A stretch of DNA of 43,776 nt, from IMG/VR virus record IMGVR_UViG_2537562190_000013; one strand, written 5' to 3'. The notes under the pieces were generated by a model. That model was not told the DNA's origin, did not search any database, and saw only the letters and a list, made by a program, of their open reading frames with translations. The position numbers and the translations under genes are program-made. This DNA is from a virus (taxonomy: Duplodnaviria; Heunggongvirae; Uroviricota; Caudoviricetes). How positions within the stretch are numbered: position 1 is the first letter of the stretch; each line of letters opens with the position of its first letter. Below, piece after piece: positions 26,988 to 36,454 of this stretch.

Positions 26988-28717
26988 GCCGGAAATCTTA
27001 CCCCAACGTAAATGCTGCCAATCAGTATGCCCGTGATGTTGTGCGCGGAAAGATTGTGGCCTGCCAGTTTGTGATTCAGGCCTGCCAGCGCCATCTTGAT
27101 GACCTGATGGCGGAAAAAAGTAAGTCGTTTCGTTACCGCTTCGACAAGGACCTGGCTGAACGGGCCGCCAAATTTATTCAGCTGTTGCCGCACACCAAGG
27201 GTGAGTGGGCATTCAAGAGGATGCCCATCACGCTGGAGCCGTGGCAGCTATTTGTGGTCTGCTGTGCGTTTGGCTGGGTCAATAAAGGGTCCCGGCTGCG
27301 CCGCTTCCGGGAGGTGTATACCGAAATCCCCCGTAAGAACGGCAAATCGGCAATCTCTGCCGGTGTTGCCCTGTATTGTTTTGCCTGTGATAACGAGTTT
27401 GGCGCGGAAGTGTATTCCGGTGCCACGACAGAGAAACAGGCGTGGGAAGTCTTTCGCCCGGCGCGACTGATGTGTAAACGCACACCCATGCTGACGGAAG
27501 CGTTCGGGATTGAGGTTAACGCCTCAAACATTAATCGTCCGGAGGATGGCGCGCGGTTTGAACCGCTGATCGGTAACCCCGGTGATGGTTCATCACCCCA
27601 CTGTGCGGTGGTGGATGAATATCACGAGCACGCCACCGATGCGCTTTACACCACGATGCTTACCGGGATGGGGGCGCGACGTCAGCCACTGATGTGGGCC
27701 ATTACTACTGCCGGGTACAACATTGAGGGGCCGTGCTACGACAAGCGACGGGAAGTTATCGAGATGCTCAACGGGTCGGTACCCAACGATGAACTGTTCG
27801 GGATCATCTATACCGTTGACGAAGGCGATGACTGGACCGACCCGCAGGTGCTGGAAAAAGCTAACCCGAATATTGGCGTGTCGGTTTATCGCGAATTTTT
27901 GTTAAGTCAGCAGCAGCGTGCGAAAAATAACGCCCGTCTGGCAAACGTCTTTAAAACAAAACACCTCAATATCTGGGTGTCGGCGCGTTCGGCGTATTTC
28001 AACCTGGTGAGCTGGCAGAGCTGCGAGGATAAATCACTGACCCTTGAGCAGTTCGAGGGGCAGCCGTGCATTCTGGCCTTTGACCTGGCGCGTAAGCTGG
28101 ATATGAACAGCATGGCGCGACTTTATACCCGCGAGATTGACGGTAAAACGCATTACTACAGTGTGGCTCCGCGCTTCTGGGTACCGTATGACACGGTGTA
28201 CAGCGTCGAGAAAAATGAAGATCGCCGGACAGCCGAACGCTTTCAGAAATGGGTGGAAATGGGCGTTCTGACCGTTACCGATGGTGCGGAGGTGGATTAT
28301 CGCTACATCCTCGAGGAGGCCAAAGCGGCGAACAAAATCAGCCCGGTCAGTGAGTCACCCATCGACCCCTTCGGGGCGACCGGGTTGTCACATGACCTTG
28401 CTGATGAAGACCTGAATCCCGTCACTATCATTCAGAACTACACCAACATGTCCGACCCGATGAAAGAGCTGGAAGCGGCAATTGAATCGGGGCGCTTTCA
28501 TCATGATGGCAATCCCATCATGACCTGGTGTATCGGCAATGTGGTCGGCAAAACCATTCCGGGTAACGATGATGTGGTGAAACCCGTCAAAGAGCAGGCG
28601 GAAAACAAAATTGACGGTGCAGTTGCGCTGATTATGGCGGTTGGCAGAGCCATGCTGTACGAGAAAGAAGACACGCTGTCTGACCACATTGAGTCCTATG
28701 GGATCCGCTCGCTTTAA
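26984..28717 (+). CDS. Terminase large subunit
   Basis: 577-aa ORF downstream of small subunit; central [10 protein letters not shown] (Walker-B-like acidic motif); coupled ATGA overlap. Confidence 0.8.
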   Translation: MSRKSYPNVNAANQYARDVVRGKIVACQFVIQACQRHLDDLMAEKSKSFRYRFDKDLAERAAKFIQLLPHTKGEWAFKRMPITLEPWQLFVVCCAFGWVNKGSRLRRFREVYTEIPRKNGKSAISAGVALYCFACDNEFGAEVYSGATTEKQAWEVFRPARLMCKRTPMLTEAFGIEVNASNINRPEDGARFEPLIGNPGDGSSPHCAVVDEYHEHATDALYTTMLTGMGARRQPLMWAITTAGYNIEGPCYDKRREVIEMLNGSVPNDELFGIIYTVDEGDDWTDPQVLEKANPNIGVSVYREFLLSQQQRAKNNARLANVFKTKHLNIWVSARSAYFNLVSWQSCEDKSLTLEQFEGQPCILAFDLARKLDMNSMARLYTREIDGKTHYYSVAPRFWVPYDTVYSVEKNEDRRTAERFQKWVEMGVLTVTDGAEVDYRYILEEAKAANKISPVSESPIDPFGATGLSHDLADEDLNPVTIIQNYTNMSDPMKELEAAIESGRFHHDGNPIMTWCIGNVVGKTIPGNDDVVKPVKEQAENKIDGAVALIMAVGRAMLYEKEDTLSDHIESYGIRSL

Positions 28718-28728
28718 CTGAGGTAATT

Positions 28729-28911
28729 ATGATCATGCTGATTCTCGCGCCTCTGGTGGGCGTGCTGGGGGCGCTTTTGCTGGCGTATGGTGCCTGGCTG
28801 ATTTATCCCCCGGCGGGGTTTGTTGTTGCCGGGGCGTTGTGCCTGTTCTGGTCGTGGCTGGTAGCGCGATATCTCGATCGTACACAGCTGTCTGTTGGTG
28901 GAGGTAAATAG
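28729..28911 (+). CDS. Small hydrophobic protein
   Basis: 60-aa ORF with GAGGT ribosome-binding site, two hydrophobic helices. Confidence 0.4.
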   Translation: MIMLILAPLVGVLGALLLAYGAWLIYPPAGFVVAGALCLFWSWLVARYLDRTQLSVGGGK

Positions 28912-30152
28912 TGTTCTTTTCGGGATTATTTCAACGAAAAAGTGACGCACCGGTGACCACGCCAGCAGAGCTGGCGGATGCCATCGGGTTGTCCTACGAC
29001 ACCTATACCGGAAAGCAGATCAGCAGTCAGCGGGCCATGCGACTGACGGCGGTTTTTTCCTGCGTCAGAGTGCTGGCAGAGTCGGTCGGGATGTTGCCCT
29101 GCAATCTGTATCACCTGAACGGCAGCCTGAAGCAGAGAGCCACCGGCGAACGTCTGCATAAACTGATCTCCACGCATCCCAATGGCTATATGACGCCGCA
29201 GGAGTTCTGGGAGCTGGTGGTCACCTGTCTGTGCCTGCGGGGAAACTTTTACGCCTACAAAGTGAAAGCATTTGGCGAAGTGGCTGAACTGCTGCCCGTC
29301 GATCCCGGCTGTGTGGAACCGAAGCTTAACAGTAGCTGGGAGCCGATCTATCAGGTCACATTCCCGGATGGCTCCACGGATGTACTGAGCCAGGAGGATA
29401 TCTGGCATGTGCGCACGCTGACGCTGGACGGACTGGTGGGGCTGAATCCCATCGCCTATGCCCGCGAGGCAATATCGCTGGCGGCAGCGACCGAAGAGCA
29501 CGGGGCCAGACTGTTCAGCAATGGCGCGGTGACGTCGGGTGTGTTGCGTACAGAGCAGACGCTGTCAGATCAGGCTTATGAGCGCCTGAAGAAAGATTTT
29601 GAGGAGCGTCACACCGGGCTTGGCAATGCTCACCGCCCGATGATCCTTGAGATGGGGCTGGACTGGAAGTCGATGGCGCTGAACGCCGAGGACAGCCAGT
29701 TCCTGGAAACCCGCAAGTTTCAGCTTGAAGAAATCTGTCGTCTGTTCCGGGTGCCGTTGCACATGGTGCAGAACACCGATCGCGCCACCTTCAACAATAT
29801 CGAAGAGCTGGGGCTGGGATTTATCAACTATTCACTGGTGCCGTATCTGACCCGCATCGAACAGCGGATCAACACCGGACTGGTACGAAAAAGTAAGCAG
29901 GGCGTTTATTACGCCAAATTTAACGCCGGGGCGTTACTGCGCGGGGATATGAAGTCCCGTTTTGAAGCCTACGCCACCGGGATCAACTGGGGAATTTACT
30001 CTCCCAATGACTGCCGCGACCTGGAAGATATGAATCCGCGTCCCGGTGGTGATGTCTATCTCACACCGATGAACATGACCACGAAACCCTCCGATGGCAG
30101 TAAAGCCGGTAAGCAGAAGGATAACGCCAATGCAGACGAAACAACGTCTTGA
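28911..30152 (+). CDS. Portal protein (HK97 family)
   Basis: GTG start with GGAGG ribosome-binding site; 413 aa; position after terminase. Confidence 0.75.
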   Translation: MFFSGLFQRKSDAPVTTPAELADAIGLSYDTYTGKQISSQRAMRLTAVFSCVRVLAESVGMLPCNLYHLNGSLKQRATGERLHKLISTHPNGYMTPQEFWELVVTCLCLRGNFYAYKVKAFGEVAELLPVDPGCVEPKLNSSWEPIYQVTFPDGSTDVLSQEDIWHVRTLTLDGLVGLNPIAYAREAISLAAATEEHGARLFSNGAVTSGVLRTEQTLSDQAYERLKKDFEERHTGLGNAHRPMILEMGLDWKSMALNAEDSQFLETRKFQLEEICRLFRVPLHMVQNTDRATFNNIEELGLGFINYSLVPYLTRIEQRINTGLVRKSKQGVYYAKFNAGALLRGDMKSRFEAYATGINWGIYSPNDCRDLEDMNPRPGGDVYLTPMNMTTKPSDGSKAGKQKDNANADETTS

Positions 30153-30780
30153 TGTACCGCTGAGTCTGAAATCTGTCAGTGACTCCGGTGAGTTTGAAGG
30201 GTATGGCTCCGTCTTTGGTGTAAAGGACAGCCACGATGATGTGGTGATGTCCGGGGCATTTGCTGCTTCCCTGCGGGCGTGGAGTGACAGAAAAGCGTTA
30301 CCTGCGCTGCTCTGGCAGCACCGCATGGATGAACCCATCGGTGTTTACACCGAAATGAAGGAAGACGATGTCGGGCTTTACGTCAGGGGACGGTTGCTTA
30401 TTGATGATGATCCCCTCGCAAAACGCGCACATGCACACATGAAGGCCGGTTCGTTAACCGGCCTTTCTATTGGGTACGTCCTGAAAGACTGGGAATACGA
30501 CCGGAGCAAAGAAGCCTTTCTGCTGAAAGAAATCGACCTCTGGGAAGTCAGCCTGGTGACGTTCCCGTCTAACGACGAGGCGCGGATCAGCGACGTCAAG
30601 AACGCACTGGCCCGCGGGGAAATCCCCGAACAGAAAAAAATCGAAAGAGTCCTGCGTGATGTCGGACTCTCCCGTACCCAGGCCAAAGCATTCATGGCCG
30701 GGGGCTATGGCGCACTGTCCCTGCGCGACGCTGAGGATGTGGGCTCTGCACTGAATGCACTGAAAAATCTGAACTTCTAA
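30130..30780 (+). CDS. Prohead protease (HK97 family)
   Basis: GEFEGYGSVFGVKDSHDDVVMSGAF pattern; AAGGA ribosome-binding site; track ORF begins at 30094. Confidence 0.7.
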   Translation: MQTKQRLDVPLSLKSVSDSGEFEGYGSVFGVKDSHDDVVMSGAFAASLRAWSDRKALPALLWQHRMDEPIGVYTEMKEDDVGLYVRGRLLIDDDPLAKRAHAHMKAGSLTGLSIGYVLKDWEYDRSKEAFLLKEIDLWEVSLVTFPSNDEARISDVKNALARGEIPEQKKIERVLRDVGLSRTQAKAFMAGGYGALSLRDAEDVGSALNALKNLNF

Positions 30781-30794
30781 TCAGGAGAAATACG

Positions 30795-32000
30795 ATGGCG
30801 GTTGATATTAAAGATGTCGAACAGGTCGCGCAGGAGCTGCAGCAGAAGTTTGACGACTTCAAAGCAAAGAACGACAAGCGCGTGGATGCGATTGAGCAGG
30901 AAAAAGGCAAGCTTGCCGGGCAGGTGGAAACCCTGAACGGGAAACTCAGCGAGCTGGAAAATCTCAAAAGCGACCTTGAAAAAGAGCTGCTTGAGCTGAA
31001 ACGTCCGGCAGGTGGTGCGCAAAATAAACTGGCCACCGAGCATAAAGAGGCGTTTGTGGGCTTCCTGCGTAAAGGCCGTGAAGACGGTCTGCGCGATCTG
31101 GAGCGTAAGGCATTGCAGGTGGGTACCGATGAAGACGGTGGCTACGCCGTGCCGGAAGAACTGGATCGCAACATTCTTAACCTGCTGAAAGATGAAGTGG
31201 TGATGCGTCAGGAAGCCACGGTGATCACCGTTGGCGGTTCCGACTACAAAAAACTGGTGAATCTGGGCGGTACGGCTTCCGGATGGGTGGGGGAAACGGA
31301 TACGCGATCCCAGACTGCCACCTCCAGACTGGAGCTGATTGAACCTCTCATGGGGGAAATTTACGGCAACCCGCAGGCTACCCAGAAAATGCTGGACGAT
31401 GCCTTCTTCAACGTGGAGGCCTGGATCAACAGCGAGCTGGCAACCGAATTTGCCGAACAGGAAGAAATTGCCTTTACCTCAGGCGATGGCACCAAGAAGC
31501 CGAAAGGGTTCCTGGCGTATGAATCCACTGATGAAACCGACAAGGTCCGGGCGTTCGGCAAACTTCAGCATATTGTATCCGGCGAAGCGACCGCGGTGAC
31601 CGCAGACGCCATTATCAAACTGATTTACACGCTGCGTAAGGCACACCGCACTGGCGCGAAGTTCATGATGAACAACAACAGCCTGTTTGCCATCCGTCTG
31701 CTGAAAGACACCGAGGGTAACTATCTGTGGCGTCCTGGGCTGGAACTGGGGCAGCCATCCTCTCTGGCGGGTTACGGTATCGCTGAAAACGAGCAGATGC
31801 CGGATATTGCCGCGGATGCGAAAGCCATTGCATTTGGTAACTTCAAACGGGGTTACACCATCGTTGACCGTATCGGTACCCGCATTCTTCGCGATCCGTA
31901 CACCAATAAACCGTTTGTCGGTTTTTATACCACCAAGCGCACCGGCGGCATGCTGGTCGATTCGCAGGCCATCAAACTGCTGAAGATTGCAGCGGCGTAA
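30795..32000 (+). CDS. Major capsid protein (HK97 fold) with N-terminal coiled-coil delta domain
   Basis: 401 aa; coiled-coil N-terminus then capsid-like core; AGGAGA ribosome-binding site. Confidence 0.8.
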   Translation: MAVDIKDVEQVAQELQQKFDDFKAKNDKRVDAIEQEKGKLAGQVETLNGKLSELENLKSDLEKELLELKRPAGGAQNKLATEHKEAFVGFLRKGREDGLRDLERKALQVGTDEDGGYAVPEELDRNILNLLKDEVVMRQEATVITVGGSDYKKLVNLGGTASGWVGETDTRSQTATSRLELIEPLMGEIYGNPQATQKMLDDAFFNVEAWINSELATEFAEQEEIAFTSGDGTKKPKGFLAYESTDETDKVRAFGKLQHIVSGEATAVTADAIIKLIYTLRKAHRTGAKFMMNNNSLFAIRLLKDTEGNYLWRPGLELGQPSSLAGYGIAENEQMPDIAADAKAIAFGNFKRGYTIVDRIGTRILRDPYTNKPFVGFYTTKRTGGMLVDSQAIKLLKIAAA

Positions 32001-32049
32001 TCACTCAGGGGCGCGGAACCGCGCCCCCTGTTCTGACGGGTGAAGAATC

Positions 32050-32250
32050 ATGATCCTGAAACAAGATCTGAAATGGTCACCGGACGGTATGCGTGTTGAG
32101 GTCATTCGGGCCGGTGAGTATGACGACGGGGCGCTTCCTGCCCGGGTGCAGGAGATTGCACTTCAGGCCGGGTTAGCAGAGCGCGGAACCAGTGCAAAAA
32201 GCAGTAAAGCGACAAAAGAGAAAAAAGCCACGACCAGTAAAGAGGGCTGA
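32050..32250 (+). CDS. Hypothetical small protein after capsid gene
   Basis: 66-aa ORF, Lys/Ser-rich C-terminus. Confidence 0.35.
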   Translation: MILKQDLKWSPDGMRVEVIRAGEYDDGALPARVQEIALQAGLAERGTSAKSSKATKEKKATTSKEG

Positions 32251-32252
32251 GT

Positions 32253-32576
32253 ATGCTTCTGACAATGGAAGAGATTAAAGCCCAACTCCGGCTGGATGAG
32301 GATTTCGATGCTGATGACCGCCATCTGCAACTGCTGGCCTGTGCGGCGCAAAAGCGGACGGAAACGTATCTGAACCGGAAGCTCTATGCTCCGGATGAAA
32401 CCATTCCGGACAGCGATCCGGACGGGCTGCACCTGCCGGATGATATTCGTCTGGGGATGCTGATGCTTATCAGCCATTTTTACGAAAATCGCTCGTCGGT
32501 TACAGACGTTGAGAAAATGGAGTTGCCAATGAGCTTTAACTGGCTTGTCGGCCCGTACAGGTATTTCCCGCAATGA
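32253..32576 (+). CDS. Head-tail connector (gp6-like)
   Basis: 107-aa ORF, GAGGG ribosome-binding site, position and size. Confidence 0.6.
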   Translation: MLLTMEEIKAQLRLDEDFDADDRHLQLLACAAQKRTETYLNRKLYAPDETIPDSDPDGLHLPDDIRLGMLMLISHFYENRSSVTDVEKMELPMSFNWLVGPYRYFPQ

Positions 32577-32983
32577 AAATTCGTCAGGCGCAGACCAGCG
32601 CAACCTACATTCTGCCGGACCCCGGTGAACTGAATAAACGCGTCCTGATCCGCCAGCGGGTGGATATGCCCGCGGATAACTTTGGCGTGGAGCCTCAATA
32701 CCCGGTTACGTTCCGGACATGGGCGAAGGTTATCCAGACCAGTGCCACCACCTGGCAGGAAACCGCGCAGACCGGGGACGCCATCACCCATTACATCACC
32801 ATTCGTTACCGCCGGGGGATCACCGCTGATTATGAGGTGGTCTGCGGTGACAGTGTGTACCGGGTGAAACGTCAGCGCGATCTGAACGGGGCGCGGCGCT
32901 TTCTGCTGCTGGAGTGTACGGAGCTGGGCGAATGTAGGCAGAGTCACGGAGGCAACAATGACGACTTCCTTTTTGCACGTTGA
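32573..32983 (+). CDS. Head closure / head-tail adaptor protein
   Basis: Coupled start; position in module. Confidence 0.55.
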   Translation: MKIRQAQTSATYILPDPGELNKRVLIRQRVDMPADNFGVEPQYPVTFRTWAKVIQTSATTWQETAQTGDAITHYITIRYRRGITADYEVVCGDSVYRVKRQRDLNGARRFLLLECTELGECRQSHGGNNDDFLFAR

Positions 32984-33464
32984 TTTTCAGCAGCCCGCGG
33001 AGATGCGCTTTAACCGCGCCCGTGTCCGGCGGGCGTTTGTCACGATTGGTCAGCGTCATATGCGTGATGCCCGTCGGCTGGTGATGCGCCGTGCACGGTC
33101 GGCACCGGGTGAAAACCCCGGTTATCAGACCGGACGCCTGGCTCGTTCAATTGGTTACATGGTACCCAGAGCCAGTAAACATCGCCCTGGTTTTATGGCA
33201 CGTATAGCCCCTAACCAGCGTAATGGAGAGGGAAACCGCCGTATCACCGGTGATTTTTATCCGGCTTTTTTGTTCTATGGCGTGAGGCGAGGGGCAAAGC
33301 GTCGTCGCGGCCATCATCGTGGTGCATCCGGTGGCAGCGGCTGGCGACTGGCTCCACGTAATAACTTCATGGTGGAAACTCTTGAAAAGAACCGCAGCTG
33401 GACACGCTATTTTCTGGCGCGGGAATTGCGTAAATCACTGAAGCCGGAGCGACGACACAGATGA
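32958..33464 (+). CDS. HK97 gp10-like tail component
   Basis: Basic 168-aa ORF with GGAGG ribosome-binding site. Confidence 0.5.
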   Translation: MTTSFLHVDFQQPAEMRFNRARVRRAFVTIGQRHMRDARRLVMRRARSAPGENPGYQTGRLARSIGYMVPRASKHRPGFMARIAPNQRNGEGNRRITGDFYPAFLFYGVRRGAKRRRGHHRGASGGSGWRLAPRNNFMVETLEKNRSWTRYFLARELRKSLKPERRHR

Positions 33465-34021
33465 AACTGACGCCTGTTATTGCTGCACTGCGTGCCCGTT
33501 GTCCGTATTTTGAAAACCGGGTTGCAGGCGCGGCCCAGTTCAAAAATCTGCCGGAGGTCGGAAAGCTGAAACTCCCGGCGGCATATGTTGTACCGGGTGA
33601 TGATTCTCCGGGAGAAAACAAAAGCCAGACCGACTACTGGCAGGAGCTGAAAGAGGGTTTCTCCGTGGTTGTCATACTGAGTAACGGGCGTGATGAGCGC
33701 GGTCAGTTTGCCTCGTATGATGTGGTGGACGATGTCCGGCAGATGCTCTTTAAGGCTCTGCTGGGCTGGAACCCGGAGGCGTGCGGTAACCCGATTACCT
33801 ATGACGGCGGCACGCTGCTGGATCTGAATCGTCATGAGCTGATTTATCAGTTCGATTTTTCGGTCATCAGCGAGCTGACTGAAGACGATACCCGCCAGCA
33901 GGATGACCTGAACAGTCTGGATGAACTGCGAACGCTGGCGATTGATGTTGATTATCTCGATCCCGGTAACGGGCCTGACGGCGATATCGAACATCACACC
34001 GAAATAACCCTTCCTTCCTGA
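33461..34021 (+). CDS. Putative tail completion / structural protein
   Basis: Coupled start; position. Confidence 0.45.
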   Translation: MKLTPVIAALRARCPYFENRVAGAAQFKNLPEVGKLKLPAAYVVPGDDSPGENKSQTDYWQELKEGFSVVVILSNGRDERGQFASYDVVDDVRQMLFKALLGWNPEACGNPITYDGGTLLDLNRHELIYQFDFSVISELTEDDTRQQDDLNSLDELRTLAIDVDYLDPGNGPDGDIEHHTEITLPS

Positions 34022-34029
34022 GAATCTTC

Positions 34030-34200
34030 ATGTTTGTGAAACCTGTTAAAGGGCGGTCAGTTCCTGACCCTGCCCGCGGTGACCTTTTGCCCGCCGAGGG
34101 GCGAAATGTTGATGAGAACAACTACTGGCTGCGCCGTGAAGCAGCGGGTGATATCCGGCGCGTGAATGAAAAGGTGAATACCGATGACGATAAGCTTTAA
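34030..34200 (+). CDS. Small ORF (56 aa) upstream of and overlapping the sheath start
   Basis: ATG at 34030, ends TAA 34198-34200; below the track length cutoff. Confidence 0.3.
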   Translation: MFVKPVKGRSVPDPARGDLLPAEGRNVDENNYWLRREAAGDIRRVNEKVNTDDDKL

Positions 34201-35680
34201 CACCATTCCGTCGAATACGCTGGTTCCGATTTTTTATGCGGAAATGGATAACCAGGCGGCGAATACTGCACAGGACAGCGGAGCATCGCTGCTGATTGGT
34301 CATGCCAATAACGGTGCAGAGATTGTTGCCAACAGTCTGGTGCTGATGCCATCGGCAGACTATGCACGCCAGATTTGTGGTGCGGGAAGTCAGCTGGCGC
34401 GTATGGTCGAGGCTTATCGCCAGACCGACCCGTTTGGTGAACTGTATGTGATTGCCGTTCCTGAATCCACGGGCGCGGCGGCAACAGTTACGCTGACGGT
34501 GACCGGCGCGGCAACCGAAACCGGCACGGTGAATGTTTATGTGGGACGTACCCGCGTGCAGGCTCCGGTGACCAACGGCGATAACGTCACGACGATTGCC
34601 AGCAGTATCAAAGATGCCATCAATGCCGTTCCGGCCCTGCCGTTTACGGCTTCATCTTCGGCAGGCGTGGTCACACTGACCGCGCGTCATAAGGGGCTTT
34701 GCGGGAATGAAATTCCTGTCAGCCTCAATTACTACGGCTTTGGTGGGGGCGAAGTGCTGCCAGCGGGCGTACAGATTGCCGTGGCGACGGGTACCGCCGG
34801 TACGGGTGCTCCGGTTCTCACCGGCGCGGTGGCTGCAATGGCGGATGAGCCGTTTGATTATATCGGCCTGCCGTTCAACGACACGGCCTCCGTTAACACG
34901 CTGGTGACCGAGATGAACGATACCAGCGGTCGCTGGAGCTATGCGCGTCAGCTGTATGGTCATGTGTATACGGCAAAGATCGGCACGCTGTCAGAACTGG
35001 TGACCGCAGGTGACCAGTTTAACCAGCAGCACATTACCCTGGCGGGGTACGAAAAAGACACCCAGACGCCTGCCGACGAGCTGGCGGCAAGCCGTACCGC
35101 CCGCGCAGCGGTGTTTATCCGCAACGATCCGGCACGTCCCACGCAGACCGGTGAGCTGGTGGGTATGCTGTCTGCGCCGAAGGGGAAACGGTTCACGATG
35201 ACCGAACAACAGACCCTGCTGTCTCATGGCGTGGCAACGGCGTATGTCGAAAGCGGGGTACTGCGCATTCAGCGTGATGTCACCACGTACAGGAAAAACG
35301 CTTACGGGGTTGCGGATAACAGCTACCTCGACAGCGAGACGCTGCATACCAGTGCGTATGTACTGCGCAAACTGAAATCCGTCATTACCAGTAAGTACGG
35401 GCGTCACAAGCTTGCCAGCGACGGTACCCGCTTTGGTCCCGGTCAGGCGATTGTCACCCCGGCGGTGATCAAAGGGGAACTGCTGGCAACCTACCGTCAG
35501 CTTGAGCGTGCGGGGATCGTGGAAAACTACGAACTTTTTAAGCAGTACCTGGTTGTGGAGCGTGATGCCAGCGATCCGAACCGCCTGAACACGCTGTTCC
35601 CGCCTGACTATGTTAACCAGTTGCGTGTCTTTGCCGTGGTTAACCAGTTCCGTCTTCAGTATTCAGAGGAGTCTGCATAA
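34184..35680 (+). CDS. Contractile tail sheath protein (Mu L-like)
   Basis: 498 aa; precedes a 118-aa tube gene. Confidence 0.8.
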   Translation: MTISFNTIPSNTLVPIFYAEMDNQAANTAQDSGASLLIGHANNGAEIVANSLVLMPSADYARQICGAGSQLARMVEAYRQTDPFGELYVIAVPESTGAAATVTLTVTGAATETGTVNVYVGRTRVQAPVTNGDNVTTIASSIKDAINAVPALPFTASSSAGVVTLTARHKGLCGNEIPVSLNYYGFGGGEVLPAGVQIAVATGTAGTGAPVLTGAVAAMADEPFDYIGLPFNDTASVNTLVTEMNDTSGRWSYARQLYGHVYTAKIGTLSELVTAGDQFNQQHITLAGYEKDTQTPADELAASRTARAAVFIRNDPARPTQTGELVGMLSAPKGKRFTMTEQQTLLSHGVATAYVESGVLRIQRDVTTYRKNAYGVADNSYLDSETLHTSAYVLRKLKSVITSKYGRHKLASDGTRFGPGQAIVTPAVIKGELLATYRQLERAGIVENYELFKQYLVVERDASDPNRLNTLFPPDYVNQLRVFAVVNQFRLQYSEESA

Positions 35681-36036
35681 TGGCCCGTATCGGGGGAACC
35701 TGTTATTTCAAAATTGACGGTCAGCAGCTATCGCTGACCGGCGGCATTGAGGTGCCCATGAACAGGATGGTTAATGATGACATCATCGGCCTGGACGGTT
35801 CAGTGGACCGCAAGGAAACTCACCGTGCGCCTTATGTCAAAGGGACCTTCAAGGTGCCGAAGAATTTTCCGGTGGGCAAAATCACCTCGTCTGATGAGAT
35901 GACAATCACTGCCGAGCTGGCGAACGGTCAGGTCTATGTACTGTCGTCTGCTTGGCTGCACGGCGAAGCGAACCATAATGCCGAAGAAGGCACGGTCGAT
36001 CTTGAGTTCCACGGTGAAGAAGGGGATTACCAGTAA
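35680..36036 (+). CDS. Tail tube protein (Mu M-like)
   Basis: 118 aa; coupled start. Confidence 0.7.
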   Translation: MARIGGTCYFKIDGQQLSLTGGIEVPMNRMVNDDIIGLDGSVDRKETHRAPYVKGTFKVPKNFPVGKITSSDEMTITAELANGQVYVLSSAWLHGEANHNAEEGTVDLEFHGEEGDYQ

Positions 36037-36305
36037 TGAAAGAGCTTGAGTTAAAGAAACCGATTACCGCTCATGGCGAGACACTCTCCGTACTGGAGTT
36101 TGATGAGCCCACCGGGAAAGATGTCCGCGAGCTGGGGTATCCCTACCAGATGAATCAGGATGAGTCCGTCAGACTTCTGGCGCATGTGGTATCGAAATAT
36201 ATTGTGCGGCTGGCGAAAGTGCCGCAAAGCTCTGTCGACCAGATGTCTCCGGCAGACCTGAATGCAGCGGCGTGGCTTGTGGCTGGTTTTTTCCTCCAGG
36301 CCTGA
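36036..36305 (+). CDS. Tail assembly chaperone (short form)
   Basis: 89-aa ORF immediately upstream of tape measure; ends just after slippery T_TTT_TTC. Confidence 0.6.
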   Translation: MKELELKKPITAHGETLSVLEFDEPTGKDVRELGYPYQMNQDESVRLLAHVVSKYIVRLAKVPQSSVDQMSPADLNAAAWLVAGFFLQA

Positions 36306-36454
36306 CGGCTGAATACCTTACTGATCGCTTCTTTGACTGCGCCAGCTACTGGCGCATTAATCCTTTCGAATTGCTGAATATGCCGATCAGTGAAATTCCC
36401 TTGCTGGTCAGTCAGGCAAACAGGATAGAGCAGGAGAAACGCACACATGGCTGA
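36272..36454 (+). CDS. Tail assembly chaperone -1 frameshift extension (long form would be 36036-36454 via slip at 36287-36293)
   Basis: Overlapping -1 frame ORF; slippery heptamer TTTTTTC positioned as XXXYYYZ in the zero frame. Confidence 0.55.
   Translation: MACGWFFPPGLTAEYLTDRFFDCASYWRINPFELLNMPISEIPLLVSQANRIEQEKRTHG

Noticed and set aside
28926-29501. 191-aa minus-strand ORF inside the portal gene, and similar long antisense ORFs in the tail region (e.g. 33407-33997, 34991-35407, 38967-39520, 41250-41708)
   Set aside because: Typical antisense shadows in GC-rich structural genes; the plus-strand genes are coupled and syntenic
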